From Bugula neritina (taxonomy: Eukaryota; Animalia; Bryozoa), in NCBI GenBank assembly GCA_964035545.1, contig CAXIUT010000137.1:46433-75624 (forward strand): a stretch of 29,192 nucleotides of DNA, written 5' to 3'. The translations under genes were made by a program, and so were the position numbers. Below, piece by piece: positions 23,993 to 29,192 of the stretch. Under the pieces are notes generated by a model. It was given only the letters and a program-made list of their open reading frames with translations, had not been told where the DNA came from and made no database searches. How positions within the stretch are numbered: the stretch's first letter is position 1; every line of letters starts with the position of its first letter.

Positions 23993-24850
23993 ATGAAATA
24001 ATAATACTCAAATATCAAATTAAAAAACCCTTTTCTTTTTGATTTCCATAAACTAGCTTGTCTGCAACCATCACTGCAACCATACGTCTTCATCCTCAAC
24101 TCCAAAAACGTCTGTAACTTCAAAACTCAAAACAGTCTTATTTAAATATCAAAAGCAATCATGAAACACTGTTTTAACTTGTCTTGGACTTGTCCTATCG
24201 ACAACCTTTGTCCAAGAATACCTGCGAGACTCAACTATCTTTTATGGATTTATTTGCAGTTGTCAGATAGTAAGATATAGAGTGTACTTGATATAGGTAC
24301 TGGAGCTACTTTGATTTATCCTTTGCTTGGGTGGGCTGTTTTCGGATGGAATTTCATTGCGACAGAAATTGACTAAAAATCATATGATTCTTCAAAAGAA
24401 CTTATTAAAATCAACAAATTAGAAAATAGAATAGATTTGAGATTATCAGTTAAGAGCTAAATGCATAATATAGAAGACAGACTCTATAAAGATGAAAGCA
24501 TACTCTAGCACACAATAAAAATATAATAAAAAATAGATGTAGTAATATGCAATCCACCATTTTTCGAATAAACTCTTTAAACAATAACTCAAATGACATA
24601 GAAAGAGCATCATACATAGGGAGGTTAGTATTCTTTTATATTCAATCTTTACCGTTAAAGTTTTAATTATCCAAATATCAAATATTTTACTTGTCTAGTT
24701 GGTCTATCTCGCAACTTCATCGACCTGAAGTCGTTCTTTATAAAATAGCATTTATCAGGTCTGATATCCTAAGTGAAGTTCGGATAAATTCAGCAAGGAA
24801 ACAACCTTCGTTACATAGTTCTATGGAAAACAATAAATTCAACAAAATGA
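23993..24850 (+). CDS. METTL16: METTL16/RlmF-family RNA m6A methyltransferase (catalytic domain only)
   Basis: 286 codons. Motifs: [74 protein letters not shown]. Confidence 0.92.
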
Positions 24851-24899
24851 ATAAGATAATACCGAAAATGATAGTATATGATTTATTGATGAATATTGA

Positions 24900-25470
24900 T
24901 CAATCTTTTTTGGCATGTTCTTTGATTTCTGAGCCAACGAGTTGAGCAACGGCTTATAGGACAAATGCGCTTTGAGCATCAGGATTTTCTTGCATATTTT
25001 ATTAATCGGTTAGCTTTCTTATGTTGAAAGATAATCTTTGAAAAACAAAGTAAACAAATAAAGCAGAACAGGTCAGCATTATATTTCTTTAAGCCATGTA
25101 ATATTCCCGATACTCCTTGAGGACTCCAATCATACTCTAGCTGCCTTGATTTTGAATGAGATCGATTCTTTAAAATCCACCTATCTTAGCGATAGTATGT
25201 TCATCTATACTTTAATATAAACTTACGTTATGCGAAGTGGTTGTTGAGCATCATGAAGGCTCGAATGGAATCGATGAGAATCAAGAAGATGATGGCGAAG
25301 GAGAAGTAAATGATATATTTGAAGAAACTGTGGTTGAGGAAGTTTTTGAATTTTAGTTGTATTTTTTGTAGTAGTTTTCGAAAAGGTCGGAATACAAAGA
25401 TAATGAGAGATAGGTTGAGTGCGATGAAAGTTAAGAGGAAATAGTAGACGAATGCGTAGGTAAGTTGCAT
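24900..25470 (-). CDS. BAP29/BAP31-like ER membrane protein, 1 intron
   Basis: Three hydrophobic segments, with ILIDSIR and YMA(TAA)RNIMLT matching the BAP31 motifs F.DA.R and AQRN.Y. A 22-nt intron at 25205-25226 gives 183 codons. It ends HAKKD, with lysines near the C-terminus resembling an ER-retrieval signal. Confidence 0.8.
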
Positions 25471-25509
25471 CAAGATATTATTATTATTATCACCAATTAA
25501 TAATAAACT

Positions 25510-26121
25510 ATGTTCTTACATAAATAAAAACGATTCCGATACGATCTCACCCCCAACGAACTCTCGGATCATTTTATATATCAACCTAAAAGAGGTCTAT
25601 TGGACCATCCTATATCGTCAACGAGAGATAGGAGGCCTTCTTTGAATTATCAGGAAAGAAGAGATTATGATAATAGGTCGATTCAGGAACAAATACTAAG
25701 ACAAGAAATACATAAAGAGTATACATCTAAAGTGAGAAGAAGTTAAACTGATGGAACAAAAAATTATGAGAAAGATCAAAGCAATCATAAATTATAGAAT
25801 ATTAATACAAAATCAGGAAAGAGGGTATATTTCGGTTAGAATAACTATGTAAATAAAATATCAAATAGCAACATAAAAGACAAATCAAAACTGAATCATT
25901 CAAACAAGAAATCAAAAGTATAATTGAATGCAACCTACCAACATGAAAATCGTTCCAATCATTGTAGTCAGAACGAATAACACTAGAAATAAAAAAATAA
26001 AAATGGTGGAATAGATATAAATTAGAGATAGATATTTGACAAAATAGCAAGAATAAATATATTGAATGAGGAGATAAACAATCGACTATCGAAGATGTTA
26101 GATAAAATATAAAAACAATGA
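25510..26121 (+). CDS. Hydrophilic hypothetical protein
   Basis: 204-codon ATG-to-TGA frame with a short C-terminal coil (IFDKIARINILNEEINNRLSKML). Confidence 0.7.
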
Positions 26122-26161
26122 TTTTTAACTATATATCATATCTAATATTCATATCTTGAAA

Positions 26162-27334
26162 ATGAACAATAAAAAATATGATTTCGTAGTGGTAGGAGCA
26201 GGCACGATGGGTCTTTCTTCAGCATTCTACCTCTCCCATCTACACCCCTAGTCAAAAATAGCATTGATTTAACAATACAACTATCTCCATAATTAGGGAA
26301 GTTCTCATTCGAAGACAAGAATCATCAGAACTGCTTACAATAAATAATTTTATAGTAATCTATGTATTAAAGGAATGGATTAGAATTGGAGATAAGTATA
26401 AAAGATATTCAAATAGTAGTTTATCATTGATTGTCCATGTGTTACATTCATTGAAGATCAGGATTAGTTTTAGAAATATATCTAGGTAGCTAAAGTGTCA
26501 AATACTATCAAGACAATATCAGTCAAGTAAATCATATAAAAATATCCATCTCTACCTAAAATCAATATGGATAAACCTGCTTTTGTATAAACCAAAGCCG
26601 GTATAGTCCTAGCAGCTAAATATCTACAATGTCTACTGAAATACCTCAAATCTGCCAAGAACGTAGATCTCTATGAATCGACTGAAGTACTATCAATCAA
26701 AAATAACCAATCAGTTACTCTTAATCTTAAAACTAATAACTAGATTTTTAGTATTATTTCTAGGAAGGTAGCTCTTTGTTGTGGAAGATGGATTTCTAAG
26801 TTAGTTCCTTCAGTTGAGGGCATTCTTAAACCTGTGAAGCAGTCTGTGTCGTTCTGGTAGATGAATAATCCATAAAAGTATAGAGTGGGGAGCCATGTTA
26901 CCTGGAGACACTATGTCAATGGACTTGGAGTGTATAGTTTGCCAGATGTTGGATAAGGAGTCAAATATGCAGTCAACGGCCATGATTCAACCATTTCAGA
27001 TAGGTACAAAACCGAATAGTAGTTTATTTAGGCCCAAACAAAATAACTTCAATAAAGAGCTACTTTCCATTACCAAGGTTAGAACAAACGCTTAAAGAAA
27101 GTATAGAGATGTTACTACACATCGACAAAGAGTGATGATTTTTTGATAGATTGGAGTGATGAAAATGAAAACGTGTTGATTTGTTCGGCATGTTCGGGTC
27201 ATGGATTTAAATTTAGTCCGATTATTGGCAAAATAGTATCGGATTTACTCGAGAAAGATCAATCGTTTTAGCTGTTTGAAAAGAATAGACATAAAATGAG
27301 AATATTTTATCATACAGGAATTAATCTAGAATGA
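26162..27334 (+). CDS. Monomeric sarcosine oxidase / pipecolate oxidase family flavoenzyme, paralog 1
   Basis: 391 codons. Motifs: YDFVVVGAGTMG, IALIEQY, GSSHSKTRIIR, LCCGRWI, RCYYT (flavinylation Cys), CSGHGFKFSPIIG. Confidence 0.93.
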
Positions 27335-27375
27335 TATCTTAGAAAATTATTTTTTTTATAATTGAATATCTATAA

Positions 27376-28566
27376 ATGGATAAAATAAATAAATATGATT
27401 TCGTAGTCGTAGGCGCAGGTACAATGGGCAGATCGACAGCTCTCTACCTCACCCTACAATTCCCTTCATCGAAAATAGCTATTATTTAACAATATTCTTT
27501 TAGTCATGAAGAAGGAAGTTCTTTATCTAGAACCAGAATTATGAGAAGTGCATATAAACATCCATTTTATCGAGATCTTTGTCTTTTAGGTATTTAAAAC
27601 CATTGGAAGTAAGTTGAAAACCTCTTCAAAACAAAATTTATCCTTGATAATCCCTTCATTGCTTATATCTAGAATTAGTAGAAGTTTAAATAGTTTCAAT
27701 AAGTGGCAAGAACATCAACTAACATCAAAGCTATGTCTTCATAGTAAGTTAAAATTCTATATCCATCTCCTAACATCGAAATGGACAAGCCTATTTTCGT
27801 AGATAACAAGGCAGGTATCATAAAAGCAGAACACTATATGAACTGTCTGCTAGATTATCTAAAAAAGCATAAAAACATAGATATCTACGAATATACAGAA
27901 GTTATCTCAATAAAGAATAATTCTCAAGGATCTACGATCAATTTAAAACGATAGAATAAAAATGAAACGATCCATGCTAAGAAAGTAGCTTTATGTTGTG
28001 GAAGATGGATATCTAAATTGGTACCAGCTGTTGAGAAGATATTGATATCGATTCGGCAAACAATCACATTTTGGAAAATGAAAAATCCATAAAAATACAA
28101 AATAGGTAAATATCCATCTTGGGTCCATTCTATTCCTTAATGTTCGACCTATTTTTATTACAGTCTTCCTAGTTTCTAAGCTGATGGAGTCAAATATGGA
28201 ATTCACTAAAACGATGGTCGAAAATAATCTTAATTTGAAAGTTAAGAAGCCTTTCTTAAATATAAAATTCAACAGATTAAAGATAAAATACCTATACATT
28301 TGAAGGATGATCTTTAAGAGTTGCAGAAAGTATAAAAATGTTATTATACTCAAACTAAAACAGATGATTTTTTGATTGATTGGACAGATTAACATTAAAA
28401 TGTTCTTATTTGTTCTCCTTGTTCAGGACATGGCTTCAAGTTTAGTCCCATTCTTGGAAAAATAGTAGCTGATTTGCTATAAAAAGATTAGTCTATTGAA
28501 CTTTTTCAACAATTTAGGCATAGAATGAGATTTTTTTATCATCTAGGAGTCAACCTTCATGAATGA
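27376..28566 (+). CDS. Monomeric sarcosine oxidase / pipecolate oxidase family flavoenzyme, paralog 2
   Basis: 397 codons. Motifs: YDFVVVGAGTMG, GSSLSRTRIMR, KCYYT, CSGHGFKFSPILG. Tandem duplicate of paralog 1. Confidence 0.93.
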
Positions 28567-28649
28567 TACATATATTATTAACAATCTTGCTATTTTTATC
28601 ATTTTTATAGAATTATTATTAACAGCATAATAATAAATTTGCTTTTGAA

Positions 28650-29008
28650 TCAAAAATCTTTATCTTCTTCTGGCACTTTAGTTTTAAGGTTATACCCATG
28701 AATATTTTTGATTTATTCTTTAATGGAATTGGTCACTAACTGATGTTGCTATACAATACTTTTACCTCTAAACTAATTTGATTCCACTATGATATTGAAC
28801 ATCTGTCCACCTACTTTATTTGATACTTACATGAGTTACTGCCAATGGTAATATCATCTACCTTTATGTATGTTGGTTTTAAAACCTACTTGATCTTGCT
28901 AGCCAACCTGGCCTCACCTTAACGTTTCAGTTTCATTCTACCCTCACTCATGCTAAAGTATGGAGTTTTGGAGAGATGGGATAATGTTTGCAATGATCGT
29001 TTTAACAT
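28650..29008 (-). CDS. BOLA3: BolA3-like mitochondrial Fe-S assembly protein, 1 intron
   Basis: A basic presequence precedes EGEARLASKIKEVL...IKVDDI...SCGQMFNIIVESNEFRGKSIVEQHQLVTNSIKEEIKNIHG. 20-nt intron at 28811-28830. Confidence 0.88.
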
Positions 29009-29047
29009 TTAATTACTATCACAAATAATATTGAATCTTTTAAATCA

Positions 29048-29128
29048 GGGGTTGGGGTTGGGGTTGGGGTTGGGGTTGGGGTTGGGGTTGGGGTTGGGGT
29101 TGGGGTTGGGGTTGGGGTTGGGGTTGGG
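29048..29128 (+). repeat. Sub-terminal telomeric tract 5, (GGGGTT)13+GGG
   Basis: 81 bp, followed by the 7-nt unique spacer ACTATAA. Confidence 0.97.
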
Positions 29129-29135
29129 ACTATAA

Positions 29136-29192
29136 GGGGTTGGGGTTGGGGTTGGGGTTGGGGTTGGGGTTGGGGTTGGGGTTGGGGTTGGG
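29136..29192 (+). repeat. Terminal (GGGGTT)n tract, probable chromosome-end telomere
   Basis: The G-rich strand runs 5'->3' to the end of the window, which is the orientation of a true right telomere. It could also be another internal tract cut by the window edge. Confidence 0.85.

Noticed and set aside
448-28395. Supplied six-frame ORFs as real proteins
   Set aside because: They were computed with TAA/TAG as stops. They are either fragments of the longer table-30 genes or antisense/off-frame shadows (e.g. 448-729, 17080-17262, 27991-28395).
1-29008. Standard ciliate code (TAR=Gln) or a split code (TAA=Lys/TAG=Glu, or TAA=Glu/TAG=Gln)
   Set aside because: Both TAA and TAG independently occupy invariant Glu positions and interchange with GAA between paralogs.
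1-29008. General TGA=Trp or selenocysteine recoding
   Set aside because: None of the conserved genes contains an in-frame TGA and all their Trp codons are TGG. The apparent in-frame TGAs in the Myb and kinesin-like genes vanish after removing 19-20 nt introns.
2323-29008. Sulfur/redox gene cluster (TauE x4, GSS, METTL16, oxidases, BolA3)
   Set aside because: The genes are interspersed with unrelated ones on both strands, and there is no evidence of co-regulation.
10942-29128. All internal tract lengths being multiples of 3 as evidence of selection for frame
   Set aside because: Hexamer units ending in GGG give 3n automatically. Two tracts appear non-coding, and for tracts 2 and 3 the best gene models need tract+1 nt removed.

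Overview
This AT-rich, very gene-dense eukaryotic DNA reads as a ciliate chromosome segment, probably macronuclear, and it ends in (GGGGTT)n repeats. The supplied ORF track is misleading because it assumes the standard code. Here TAA and TAG are sense codons, and at invariant positions they stand for Glu (peritrich-type code, NCBI table 30); TGA is the only stop. Re-translated by hand, about 24 genes appear with spacers as short as 20-60 bp and tiny 19-22 nt GTA...TAG introns. They include a jacalin-like protein, an acylated AGC-type pseudokinase, four tandem TauE/TSUP transporters, a RING-H2 protein, a Myb factor, a divergent glutathione synthetase, a degenerate kinesin-like protein, METTL16, a BAP31-like protein, two tandem sarcosine/pipecolate oxidases, BolA3 and several coiled-coil or unknown proteins. 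The most unusual feature is five interstitial telomere-repeat tracts of 69-84 bp, all with the same polarity as the terminal repeat. At least two sit inside coding sequences whose flanks rejoin almost seamlessly when the tract is removed. They could be real telomerase insertions at repaired breaks, telomere-repeat IES-like elements, or alternative telomere-addition sites collapsed by the assembler. All translations and family calls were made by eye with no database searches.
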